64,000 nucleotides of DNA from Bacteroidota bacterium. GTDB taxonomy: Bacteria; Bacteroidota; Bacteroidia; Chitinophagales; BACL12. Within the stretch, counting starts at the first letter, position 1, and every line of letters starts with the position of its first letter. The stretch covers positions 554,675-618,674 of the forward strand of contig JADJJZ010000029.1 in NCBI GenBank assembly GCA_016706255.1, read 5' to 3'. Below, piece by piece: positions 38,969-49,685 of the stretch. The position numbers and the translations under genes are program-made. The notes under the pieces are model-generated. The model was given only the letters and a program-made list of their open reading frames with translations. It was not told the DNA's origin and searched no databases.

Positions 38969-41202
38969 ATGTTTAAAATTCGCTCTATAAAAATATTAAT
39001 GGCATTGAAAATTAATGCTCGTTTTATTTGCATATTATTTTTTGGTTTTTCTTGTCTTTATAATAAAGCAAATGCACAAGCTACAAGTATAGAATGGTCA
39101 AATGCACTTGGCGGTCCGGGTTATGAAGATGCAACGGATGTTATTTATTCTAATGACGGAGGGTATCTGGTGGTTGCTAACTCAGGAGAAATAGGTGGTG
39201 ATGTGACAGGTTTTTATGGTGGAGCAGTAGACATTTGGTTAACTAAATTAGATAGTGCGGGAAATCTTGTTTGGCAGAAAAATTATGGGGGGTCAAATAT
39301 TGAAAAATCCCGTGCAGGTATTGCGACGATAGATGGTGGATATATTATCGTAGGCTATACTGGCTCTGAAGATCATGATGTAAGTTTTAACCATGGACTC
39401 ACCGATGCATGGGTTTTTAAAGTAGATTCAATAGGAAATATAGTATGGGAAAGGTCATATGGTGGTACAAAAAGTGAGCAAGGATGGGCGATTTGTGGAA
39501 CAGATGATGGGAATTTCGTATTCGTAGGATATAGCCATTCAAATAATGGTGATTTGACATCTCATTACGTTACCACGGCTACTTCAGACTTTTGGATTGT
39601 AAAAATCGACAATACAGGTAACATCATTTGGCAAAAATCATACGGCAGTACGGAAGATGACTATGCATATGGTGTTGTGGAGCTATTCAATGGTGATATT
39701 ACAGTCGGTGGAGTAACACAATGGGGAGATGGTGATGTAATAGGATTTCATGGCGGTATTGGGGTTGAAGATGGATGGGTAATTGATTTAGATTCTAATG
39801 GCGCATTGAAATGGAGTAAAGCTTATGGTGGTACAGACTATGACGTTATATGGGATATCACTAAGGCGTCTGATTCCACAATTCACTGTGTTGGACAAGC
39901 AAAATCATTTGATGGAGATATAACAGACCATAAAGGAACTCCGGATGATTATTATTTAGATGATTGCATGTATCTAAGGCTTGATTCTTCTGGGAATTTA
40001 CTTATAGAAAAGTGCTTTGGAGGGTCAGGCAGTGATGTTGGGTTCTCATTAAGTACAACAATGGATGGGACTGTTATATTAGGAGCTAATTCATCAAGTA
40101 ATGATGGAGATGTATCAGGACATCACGGGGGTGAATATACTAGTGATTTTTGGATAGTGAAGCTGGACTCTTTTGCTAATATCGAATGGTCTGTATCGCT
40201 TGGTGGTGATACCGCAGATGCCAGTTATTCCATCATTCAAGCACCTGATTCTGGGTATGTTACTGTTGGAATTTGTGTATCAGAAAATGGTGATGTAGTT
40301 GACCACTATCCAGGCACATTACACTGGGATTCCTGGGTGGTTAAACTCAATAAAACCTGTCCTGGAATTTTATATTATGCTGATAAGGATGGTGATGGTT
40401 ACGGTGATCCAACTGATATACAAATGTTTTGCTCAGATATGGTTGGATATGTATTAAATAATTTAGACTGTAATGATAATGATGCAGAAATTAATCCTAC
40501 AATAGCTGAAATATGTAACACGTTAGACGATAATTGTAATGGTATTGTTGATGAAGGCCTAGCATTGTTTACCCTTTTCGAGATTTAGATGGTGATACTT
40601 TTGGGAATGATACTGATTTTATAACATCGTGTCTTGAATATATTTCAGGTTTTGTTTTAGACTCAACCGATTGTAATGATACTAACGAATTTATTTTTCC
40701 GGGTGCTGAAGAACTCTGCAACTACCTCGATGATGATTGTGATGGTATTACCGATGATAATGTCACCTTCATACAAAGTTTTATTGATGCTGATAACGAC
40801 AATTTCGGAAACCCTGATTTTGATTCTATCGCATGCGAAATTCCTCCCGGTTACGTTTTATCCAACACCGACTGCAACGACACGAATCCCGACATCTACC
40901 CCGGCGCACCCGAACTCCTCAACGGTCTCGACGACGATTGTGATCAAATTGCTGATGAAGGTTTAGCAATAACAGATATTGTAAAACATACAATAAGTAT
41001 TTTCCCGAATCCGGTAAATAATATATTATTTATTCAATCGGATGCAACACAACAAATTACAATTGTAAATCAATTAGGAGAAGAAATATTACAAACAAAT
41101 TTATTTATTGGTTTAAATACCATTTCTGTAGCAGATTTTGCGAGTGGTGTGTATTGGGTGAAAGCGGAGGATGGGGAGATGGTGGTTTGGGTGAAGGAGT
41201 GA
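38969..41202 (+). pseudogene. family-1 paralog C (tandem twin of D); single 1-nt deletion in a T-run
   Basis: ORF 38969..40588 ends LALFTLFEI*. The T-run at 40575-40578 is T4, versus T5 in D at 42835-42839. Downstream sequence is colinear with D (equal length to the stop at 41200-41202) and encodes RDLDGDTFGND..., two more Cys-rich modules and the CTD. Confidence 0.8.
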
Positions 41203-41228
41203 GTGTGCGAAATTAAAATGAAAAAATT

Positions 41229-43463
41229 ATGTTTAAAATTCGCTCTATAAAAATATTAATGGCATTGAAAATTAATGCTCGTTTTATTTGCATATTATTT
41301 TTTGGTTTTTCTTGTCTTTATAATCAAGCAAATGCACAAGCTACAAGCATAGAATGGTCAAATGCACTAGGCGGCCCGGGTTATGAAGATGCAACGGATG
41401 TTATTCAATCTAATGACGGTGGCTATCTCGTTGTTGCTAACTCAAGAGAAGTAGGTGGTGATGTGACAGGTTTTTATGGTGGAGCAGTAGACATTTGGTT
41501 AACTAAATTAGATAGTTCCGGAAATCTTGTTTGGCAAAAAAATTATGGAGGTTCAAATTTTGAACAATCATGTTCCGGTATTGCGACTATAGATGGTGGA
41601 TATATTATAACCGGTTATTCTTCTTCTATGGATTTTGATGTCAGTTTTAATCATGGGCTTTTTGATGCATGGCTTTTCAAAATTGATTCAATTGGTAATT
41701 TACAGTGGGAAAAGTCATATGGAGGTTCCAAGACTGAAATAGCATGGGCAATATGTCCAACTCAAGATGGAAATTTTGTATTCGCAGGATATAGCTATTC
41801 AAATGATGGTGATTTGACATCTCATTACGGTACCACGGCTACTTCAGACTTTTGGATTGTAAAAATCGACAATACAGGTAACATCATTTGGCAAAAATCA
41901 TACGGCAGTACGGAAGATGACTATGCATATGGTGTTGTGGAGCTATTCAATGGTGATATTACAGTCGGTGGAGTAACACAATGGGGAGATGGTGATGTAA
42001 TAGGATTTCATGGCGGTATTGGGGTTGAAGATGGATGGGTAATTGATTTAGATTCTAATGGCGCATTGAAATGGAGTAAAGCTTATGGTGGTACAGACTA
42101 TGACGTTATATGGGATATCACTAAGGCGTCTGATTCCACAATTCACTGTGTTGGACAAGCAAAATCATTTGATGGAGATATAACAGACCATAAAGGAACT
42201 CCGGATGATTATTATTTAGATGATTGCATGTATCTAAGGCTTGATTCTTCTGGGAATTTACTTACAGAAAAGTGCTTTGGAGGGTCAGGCAGTGATGTTG
42301 GGTTCTCATTAAATGCAACAATGGATGGGACTGTTATATTAGGAGCTAATTCATCAAGTAATGATGGAGATGTATCAGGACATCACGGGGGTGAATATAC
42401 TAGTGATTTTTGGATAGTGAAGCTGGACTCTTTTGCTAATATCGAATGGTCTGTATCGCTTGGTGGTGATACCGCAGATGCCAGTTATTCCATCATTCAA
42501 GCACCTGATTCTGGGTATGTTACTGTTGGAATTTGTGTATCAGAAAATGGTGATGTAGTTGACCACTATCCAGGCACATTACACTGGGATTCCTGGGTGG
42601 TTAAACTCAATAAAACCTGTCCTGGAATTTTATATTATGCTGATAAGGATGGTGATGGTTACGGTGATCCAACTGATATACAAATGTTTTGCTCAGATAT
42701 GGTTGGATATGTATTAAATAATTTAGACTGTAATGATAATGATGCAGAAATTAATCCTACAATAGCTGAAATATGTAACACGTTAGACGATAATTGTAAT
42801 GGTATTGTTGATGAAGGCCTAGCATTGTTTACCCTTTTTCGAGATTTAGATGGTGATACTTTTGGGAATGATACTGATTTTATAACATCGTGTCTTGAAT
42901 ATATTTCAGGTTTTGTTTTAGACTCAACCGATTGTAATGATACTAACGAATTTATTTTTCCGGGTGCTGAAGAACTTTGCAACTACCTCGATGATGATTG
43001 TGATGGTATTACCGATGATAATGTCACCTTCATACAAAGTTTTATTGATGCTGATAATGACAATTTCGGAAACCCTGATTTTGATTCCATCGCCTGCGAA
43101 ATTCCATCCGGTTACGTTTTATCCAACACCGACTGCGACGACACCAATCCCGACATCTACCCCGGCGCACCCGAACTCCTCAACGGCCTCGATGATGATT
43201 GCGACCAAATTGCTGATGAAGGTTTAGCAATAACAGTTATTGTAAAAAATACAATAAGTATTTTCCCGAATCCGGTAAATAATATATTATTTATTCAATC
43301 GGATGCAACACAACAAATAACAATTGTAAATCAATTAGGAGAAGAAATATTACAGACAAATTTATTTATTGGATTAAATACGATTTCGGTAGCCGATTTT
43401 GCGAGTGGTGTGTATTGGGTGAAAGTGGAGGATGGGGAGATGGTGGTTTGGGTTAAGGAGTGA
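41229..43463 (+). CDS. family-1 paralog D: the only uninterrupted copy (signal peptide, propeller-like repeats, 3 Cys-rich MopE-like modules, T9SS CTD)
   Basis: 744-aa ORF. Repeats of the form W-Q-K-x-Y-G-G-S...DGGY...G-x-T-x-S-x-D-G-D-V...D-x-W-(I/V)-V-K-(L/I)-D. Cys-rich modules such as DCDDTNPDIYPGAPELLNGLDDDCDQIADEG. CTD ISIFPNPVNNILFIQSD...GVYWVKVEDGEMVVWVKE. Confidence 0.85.
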   Translation: MFKIRSIKILMALKINARFICILFFGFSCLYNQANAQATSIEWSNALGGPGYEDATDVIQSNDGGYLVVANSREVGGDVTGFYGGAVDIWLTKLDSSGNLVWQKNYGGSNFEQSCSGIATIDGGYIITGYSSSMDFDVSFNHGLFDAWLFKIDSIGNLQWEKSYGGSKTEIAWAICPTQDGNFVFAGYSYSNDGDLTSHYGTTATSDFWIVKIDNTGNIIWQKSYGSTEDDYAYGVVELFNGDITVGGVTQWGDGDVIGFHGGIGVEDGWVIDLDSNGALKWSKAYGGTDYDVIWDITKASDSTIHCVGQAKSFDGDITDHKGTPDDYYLDDCMYLRLDSSGNLLTEKCFGGSGSDVGFSLNATMDGTVILGANSSSNDGDVSGHHGGEYTSDFWIVKLDSFANIEWSVSLGGDTADASYSIIQAPDSGYVTVGICVSENGDVVDHYPGTLHWDSWVVKLNKTCPGILYYADKDGDGYGDPTDIQMFCSDMVGYVLNNLDCNDNDAEINPTIAEICNTLDDNCNGIVDEGLALFTLFRDLDGDTFGNDTDFITSCLEYISGFVLDSTDCNDTNEFIFPGAEELCNYLDDDCDGITDDNVTFIQSFIDADNDNFGNPDFDSIACEIPSGYVLSNTDCDDTNPDIYPGAPELLNGLDDDCDQIADEGLAITVIVKNTISIFPNPVNNILFIQSDATQQITIVNQLGEEILQTNLFIGLNTISVADFASGVYWVKVEDGEMVVWVKE

Positions 43464-43557
43464 GTTGGGAAAATACCCCAATTGTGAATACCAAGCCCTG
43501 TGTGAACGGCGTCTCGCCTGTCATTAGTTTTTATTAAATTTTATCACAAGTATTTAC

Positions 43558-43565
43558 TACCTTAG
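43558..43565 (+). promoter_or_regulatory. conserved TAYCTTAG box upstream of paralog E
   Basis: TACCTTAG lies 19 nt before the ATG at 43585. Confidence 0.3.
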
Positions 43566-43584
43566 TAGTCCCGACGAAAAATAC

Positions 43585-45908
43585 ATGAAATCACTAATTT
43601 TTATCTACATGTTTATTTTTATAGTGCAAGCAAGATTTGCTCAAGCACCGGATATTATTTGGCAAAAATCTTTTGGTGGAAGTGATTACGACCAACCTGC
43701 TAAAATTATAACTGCTCCAGATTCTAGTTTTTTATTATTTGGTGACACGCGATCGGTGGATTTTGATATTGAGAATAATCATGGTTCACGAGATATTTGG
43801 TTATTAAACATTGATGTCAGTGGAAATTTACTTTGGGAAAATACTTATGGCGGTTCGAGCATTGATTATGGTAGATCGTTAACGATTGGTAATGATAATC
43901 AAGTATTAATGACAGGTTATACAAATTCGATAGACGGAGATGTCTCTGAATTTTATGGTATTTATGATTATTGGACTGTCGCCTCTGATTTATTGGGTAC
44001 AATTGTGTGGGGAAAAAATTTTGGTGGTAGTGAATACGATGGATCCAGAGGGATAAGTGAACTTTTAGATGGATATTTGATAATAGGTGACTCTAAATCA
44101 TCCGATGGTGATGTATTAGGGTTACATGGAATTACTAATTCAGATTTTTGGGTGATCAAAATATCTAATGAAGGCGACCTTATTTGGCAAAAATGCTATG
44201 GTTCCAATAACACAGAGCAACCAAACTCAATAGTTAAAACATTAGAAAATGAGTATATAATTGCTGGGACCACCTTAGGAGAAGGGGGCGACGTGACAGG
44301 TAATCATGGATCTACTGATATCTGGGTAATAAAAATTGATTCAGTAGGGAATTTAATTTGGCAAAAATGTTATGGTGGATCTGACGTTGATGGTATAAGT
44401 AAGATTTTAAATACACCTGATGGCGGATTTATACTCAGTGGTGAAACATATTCAAATAATGGTGATGTTTCAGGTTTTCATGGTGGAATAAATGATGGAT
44501 GGATAATAAAAATTGACAGCATTGGAAATATAGAATGGCAAAAGTGTTATGGCGGCTCTGGTAGTGATGAAATTTATTCTATTATTTTACTTGATGACGG
44601 TAATTTTTTATTCGGAGGTCGGTCTACTTCTGCAGACGGAGACTTAACTGAAAATAAGGATGGAAATGATTGTTGGTTAGTTAAAATTAACCCAGAAGGC
44701 GATATAATTTGGCAAAAATCGTTTGGAGGATATGATGAAGATGTAATTTATGATATTGTTGAAGCTGAAAATGGGGATATTATTTTTTTAGCCGAAAGTC
44801 TTTCTTCTGATGGTGATTTAACTTTAAATATGGGAAATTGGGATTTTTGGGTTGTGCGATTAGGTTATTGTACAACCAAATATTTTGAGGACACCGATGG
44901 CGATGGTTACGGAGATATTTCTTCAGATACATTATCTTGCGAATTACCCACGGTTATGTTTTAGACTCCACCGATTGCAACGATTTAAATCCCGAAATCC
45001 ATCCAACATTAACAGATATTTGTAATGTGATTGATGATAATTGTAACGGATTAACAGATGAAGATGCAACATTTGTTACCTATTTCGCAGATATTGATGG
45101 TGATACTTTTGGTGATGTATTAAATGATTCAACTGCTTGTAATGAATTAATTGGTTATGTGTTAGATAATACCGATTGCAACGATTTAAATCCCGAAATT
45201 CATCCAACATTAACAGATATTTGTAATGCCATTGATGATAATTGTAACGGATTAACAGATGAAGATGCAACATTTGTTACTTATTTTGCAGATATTGATG
45301 GAGATACTTTTGGTGATATATTAAATGATTCAACTGCATGTAATGAATTAATCGGTTATGTGTTGGATAATACTGATTGCAACGATACCAATAATGCAAT
45401 CTTCCCCGGCGTCACCGAACTCTGCAACTACCTCGATGATGATTGTGACGGAATAACAGATGATAATGTCACCTTCATTCAAAGTTTTATTGATGCCGAC
45501 AACGACAATTTCGGAAACCCTGATTTTGATTCCATCGCATGCGAAATTCCACCCGGCTACGTTTTATCCAACACCGACTGCAATGACACCAATCCCGACA
45601 TCTACCCCGGCGCACCGGAACTCCTCAACGGCCTCGACGACGATTGCGACCAAATTGCTGATGAAGGTTTAGCAATAACAGATATTGTAAAACATACAAT
45701 AAGTATTTTCCCGAATCCGGTAAATGCGATTTTATTTATTCAATCGGATGCGATACATAAAATTACTATTGTAAATCAATTAGGAGAAGAAATATTATAC
45801 ACCAATTTATTTATCGGTATAAATACCATTTCTGTAGCAGATTTTGCGAGTGGTGTGTATTGGGTGAAAGCGGAGGATCTGGAGATGGTGGTTTGGGTGA
45901 AGGAGTGA
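43585..45908 (+). pseudogene. family-1 paralog E (propeller-like repeats, 4 Cys-rich modules, CTD); single 1-nt deletion
   Basis: ORF 43585..44964 ends SCELPTVMF*. ORF 44937..45908 continues the same protein in another frame. Adding one G to the GG at 44952-44953 reads CELPTGYVLDSTDCNDLNPEIHP. Confidence 0.75.
44973..45374 (+). repeat. 2 x 201-bp in-frame tandem duplication inside paralog E (one Cys-rich module plus linker)
   Basis: GATTGCAACGATTTAAATCCCGAAAT... recurs at 44973 and 45174, and the next unit begins at 45375. The translations DCNDLNPEIHPTLTDICN(V/A)IDDNCNGLTDEDATFVTYFADIDGDTFGD(V/I)LNDSTACNELIGYVLDNT are nearly identical. There is a single copy in B (~38208-38408). Confidence 0.85.
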
Positions 45909-46100
45909 GTTGGGGGGTAAGATTGAAACAGCCATTGAGCATCCATTGAATCAAAATTGAACAAGATTGCACAAAATTGAACAAAATTGAACCATTCAGA
46001 TTGCTATCAGGAGAATTAAAATTGAGGTTGGATTTTCGCATTAAAATTTTGATTCAATTTTAAAATTTGAAATGATGTAAACAATATTTTCCTCAAAAAT
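45909..46100. repeat. conserved 3'-flanking module (copy 2)
   Basis: Homologous to 36304-36482 and 53879-54047. Confidence 0.75.
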
Positions 46101-46161
46101 GTCATGCATGTTATTTTGTAGGGACGTATTGCATGCGTCCTTACAAAATAATTTGAAGGAC
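46101..46161. repeat. type-B long hairpin element
   Basis: GTCATGCATGTTATTTTGTAGGGACGTATTGCATGCGTCCTTACAAAATAATTTGAAGGAC. Confidence 0.8.
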
Positions 46162-46194
46162 GTTTACGAAGTGATAAATTAAAGATTTAATCTT

Positions 46195-46330
46195 TTACAA
46201 ATACAGTTGTAGTATACAAATTCCCTGTATACAAGTAAATTAAATATAAACCAGCGCTTAATTCAGAAGCATCAAAATTAAATGGTGATTGAATTTTATT
46301 GATTAATTCCAATTTAACGAATATTGACTT
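46195..46330 (-). pseudogene. 3' remnant (CTD end only) of a minus-strand family-1 gene homologous to paralog I
   Basis: 46195-46300 aligns with 54141-54250. On the minus strand it reads ...SAGLYLIYLYTGNLYTTTVFVKD*. No upstream gene body remains, because paralog-unrelated gene F starts at 46484. Confidence 0.7.
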
Positions 46331-46483
46331 CTTTAAAAAAATTACTTTTCTGATTTATAACTCTTACTATATCAATTCAGCAGTTGACGTAACCATATTA
46401 ATTACTGTGAAATTGGAAAGTTCTTACTTGAAAAACAAACTTTTTCACATTAAATTTGAGTGAATTTGCTAGATTCTTTTTAA

Positions 46484-49060
46484 ATGAGTAACCAAAAACA
46501 CCCCTTTTTGATACTATTGATGACTTTTGTTGTCTTTTGTAATTCTGGATATAGCCAAACACCAGACATGCGAATAGTCTATCTAAGTTCAGAGTCAGGA
46601 GAACCACTTGGCTATAATGGTAACATAGAACTTCTAAATAGTGTTTTTACCCCCAGTGGATGGGAGCATTTATACTATGAATCAATTGATACATCAGGGT
46701 TGTTTTCTAATGAAACTTGTCTTCTGTTTTTGGAGGGTAGCTATTCCACTTTTTCTGATTTGACGGATTTCTATATAGATTATTATTATGAAATCGAGCA
46801 GTATGTTTTTAACGGCGGTCACCTTTTTGTTAATATGTATTCTGCCGGTAATATATTTCTTGGATTTGATAGTATCAATAAAATTGATAATGGATTCGGT
46901 TCGATTTACGGCTATCATGATGATGATTCTTTGAATTCATTATTTTTTGGTCCACTTTATCCAATAACAAATCCCCTTGTTGGTATATACGGTGGATTTG
47001 GTCCACAAGCAGGTTATGGTACATTTTCCGGAGGTGACTATGATGTATATTTGTTTGATTTAACAGAACAATCTTTCGGAGGAGATACCTCTGCATATAG
47101 AGAAATTGCTATTGGGAAAATATTTGGTTCAGGAGAATTAATATTTGCAAATTTGACAATTGGTAATTGGGTGGACTATACTGCCACTTATAAAAATTTG
47201 CGTACAAATATTCTCTGGAAACTTTCACCATGTTTACATGCTGAAAATGACATAGGCGTTCAAGCATTAATAACTCCTGCGAATTCTTGCAATTTAACTG
47301 CTGAAGAATCTTTAAATATTTTGGTTCATAATTTTGGCTTCGCAGACCAAGATACATTTGATCTGAGTTTTCAGATTGATGGCGGTGCAATTATCACGGA
47401 ATCCTTCTCAGAAAATTTATCAGCATATTTATCTGATACAATTTCCTTTGTTGCAACTGCCGATTTTTCTGAATGTGGAGCGCATGAAATAAAAGTATGG
47501 ACTAATTTATTGAGCGATACGATATATCAAAACGATACTTTAATATATACAGTCGCGAATATATGCGCTTCTGAATCTACTATTGGTTTACCTAATGAAA
47601 TTTGCTATTTAAGTGATCTTATCATTGCCAACCCTGAGGTTGGAGGAGGTTATTGGGAAGGGCTTGGAATTATTGATGGAGATTTGGGAGTTTTAGACCC
47701 TGAAATTATAGGTGCAGGAAATGATGCTGTTATTTCTTACACATACCAAACAGCAATAGATTATACTCGCCAAATAATTCCATTTGAACCACCCGCATTT
47801 ACTGACTCAACTATTGTTTCATTAATATTAAATGATGATGTGGATACACTCTTATTACCTTTTGATTTTGTATTCTTTTCTAATTCCTACGATGTTTGTT
47901 ATCCTGCAAGTAATGGATATATTGCATTTGGGGAACCACATGACACTTGGTATATAAGCATCCCAGATGTTGGTGGCATAAACAATTTATTAGCTCTTGC
48001 AGGATATGACCTGAACCCAACAACCGGAGGAAGTATTTACTATTCGATTACCGGGTCGTTCCCTTATCGTCAATTACAATTACGATATTATGATGTACCT
48101 CTTTCAATCTCACCAGATCATTTTATTGATGTAACAACGGTATTATATGAGACCACTAATATTATTGATATATTCGTTGATAAATTGCCAGATGTTGGTG
48201 TATTAGGTTTTGTACAAGGAATCTCAAATATTGACGGAACTCAATATTATTATACAAAAACAACGGGAACTCCAGTTTGGTTTATAGGGGCAAATGATAC
48301 AGCCTTCCGATTTATTCCAACTTTATGCCCTCGTACCATTTTTGATACAATTCATATTGTTGGAAATGATACAGAAGACCTTTTAGGCCCGGATACTTTA
48401 TTTTGTTTCGGAGATAGCGTTGAACTACTGTCAAATACCAGTAGTAGTTATTATTTATGGAATACAGGGGATACAACACAATCAATTTTCGTTGACGAGA
48501 CAGGATTATATACCATTGAATTAGAATACATTTTGGGATGCAATATTATAGATACAATTAATGTTATAGAGCTAGACAGCATTATTTTAAATATTTCTTC
48601 GACACCTACAGATACAGACGTAAATACAGGTACCGCAACTGTAGAGGTGATTTCAGGTGGAGTAGCTCCATATACATATCTTTGGGACACAGGTGAAATA
48701 GCTTCAACAATTGAAAATCTTACCGCAGGTATCTATGTGGTCGAGGTTACAGACTCCTTCGGGTGCAAAACCACTGCATCTGTTGCAGTTGATAAAAATG
48801 TTTCGATTGGAGATTTTGAGACCTATAATTTATTAACTATTTTCCCTAACCCATCGACTAATTCATTTAGTGTTAAATTAAATTCAAACGTATATGAAGC
48901 AAATTGTGAATTGACTAATCTTGATGGAAAAGCAATTTTTAAAAGTAAAATTAATTCAGCTAACTTTGAAATAAACACCTCGCAATTTGTTAGAGGAGTT
49001 TATTTTTTAATAATTAGAACAAACTCAGGAAACTACTTTTCAAAAGTAGTGCTGCAATAA
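46484..49060 (+). CDS. large T9SS-secreted protein with an SprB-type repeat, unrelated to family 1
   Basis: 858 aa with a signal peptide. SprB-repeat-like segment (TATVEVISGGVAPYTYLWDTGEIASTIENLTAGIYVVEVTDSFGCKTTASVAV). CTD (LLTIFPNPSTNSFSVKLN...GVYFLIIRTNSGNYFSKVVLQ). Confidence 0.75.
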   Translation: MSNQKHPFLILLMTFVVFCNSGYSQTPDMRIVYLSSESGEPLGYNGNIELLNSVFTPSGWEHLYYESIDTSGLFSNETCLLFLEGSYSTFSDLTDFYIDYYYEIEQYVFNGGHLFVNMYSAGNIFLGFDSINKIDNGFGSIYGYHDDDSLNSLFFGPLYPITNPLVGIYGGFGPQAGYGTFSGGDYDVYLFDLTEQSFGGDTSAYREIAIGKIFGSGELIFANLTIGNWVDYTATYKNLRTNILWKLSPCLHAENDIGVQALITPANSCNLTAEESLNILVHNFGFADQDTFDLSFQIDGGAIITESFSENLSAYLSDTISFVATADFSECGAHEIKVWTNLLSDTIYQNDTLIYTVANICASESTIGLPNEICYLSDLIIANPEVGGGYWEGLGIIDGDLGVLDPEIIGAGNDAVISYTYQTAIDYTRQIIPFEPPAFTDSTIVSLILNDDVDTLLLPFDFVFFSNSYDVCYPASNGYIAFGEPHDTWYISIPDVGGINNLLALAGYDLNPTTGGSIYYSITGSFPYRQLQLRYYDVPLSISPDHFIDVTTVLYETTNIIDIFVDKLPDVGVLGFVQGISNIDGTQYYYTKTTGTPVWFIGANDTAFRFIPTLCPRTIFDTIHIVGNDTEDLLGPDTLFCFGDSVELLSNTSSSYYLWNTGDTTQSIFVDETGLYTIELEYILGCNIIDTINVIELDSIILNISSTPTDTDVNTGTATVEVISGGVAPYTYLWDTGEIASTIENLTAGIYVVEVTDSFGCKTTASVAVDKNVSIGDFETYNLLTIFPNPSTNSFSVKLNSNVYEANCELTNLDGKAIFKSKINSANFEINTSQFVRGVYFLIIRTNSGNYFSKVVLQ

Positions 49061-49262
49061 AAGTGGTTATTTATGAAAATATTTAATTACGACTCAAACA
49101 TGTGTTTAACTTATCCAACAGATAGAGTTCCGTATGTGATATTTTTTTGCAATGGGGAGACCACATAAATACAAATTAGCGAAATTAATACCATTTGTAA
49201 GACGTAATTAACTTGTATGCTGCGAATTAATTTATCAAAATTCCATATCTAGCAAGACTGCT

Positions 49263-49301
49263 GGACGCATGCAATTCGTCCCTACAGCCATAGGCCAATT
49301 G
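49263..49301. repeat. type-A hairpin element, right half only (truncated)
   Basis: GGACGCATGCAATTCGTCCCTACAGCCATAGGCCAATTG. The left arm is absent. This marks the left boundary of the duplication shared with 33947 onward. Confidence 0.7.
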
Positions 49302-49369
49302 CTCAATTAGGTTGCAAAAGCACAATTTGAAAAAAGGGCATTTCGCAATTTGACTTTTCACTCAAAATT

Positions 49370-49430
49370 GTCCTGCCTGTTATTTTGTAGGGACGTATTG
49401 CATGCGTCCTTACAAAATAAGAGGCAGGAC
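49370..49430. repeat. type-B long hairpin element
   Basis: GTCCTGCCTGTTATTTTGTAGGGACGTATTGCATGCGTCCTTACAAAATAAGAGGCAGGAC. Confidence 0.85.
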
Positions 49431-49661
49431 AGTTTAAAGTTGAGGATGACAATGATTTTAAAAATGTAAATGCTTGTCCGAGATGCGTTGCGTTTCTAAA
49501 AAAAGATTATTCTTAAACAAGCCTGCAAAAAATTAGAACGATGATGCACCTATCTACTGCAAATAAATTCATCATACTTCCGTGTCCCAAATGCTTATTT
49601 TTTTATGAGAATTTATTACAAATGGTTAAAATGTGGCTTTCACAGTTACCTCAAAAAACAT

Positions 49662-49669
49662 TATCTTAG
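49662..49669 (+). promoter_or_regulatory. conserved TAYCTTAG box upstream of paralog G
   Basis: TATCTTAG lies 16 nt before the ATG at 49686, in a context identical to paralog A. Confidence 0.35.
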
Positions 49670-49685
49670 CTTTAATATTATCTCC

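Noticed and set aside
44937-45908. ORF 44937-45908, and likewise 50479-51618 and 59700-60245, listed as independent genes.
   Set aside because: Their 'start' codons are non-ATG or internal positions. The sequences are colinear continuations of the upstream ORFs when compared with intact paralogs, so they are treated as the second halves of frameshifted genes.
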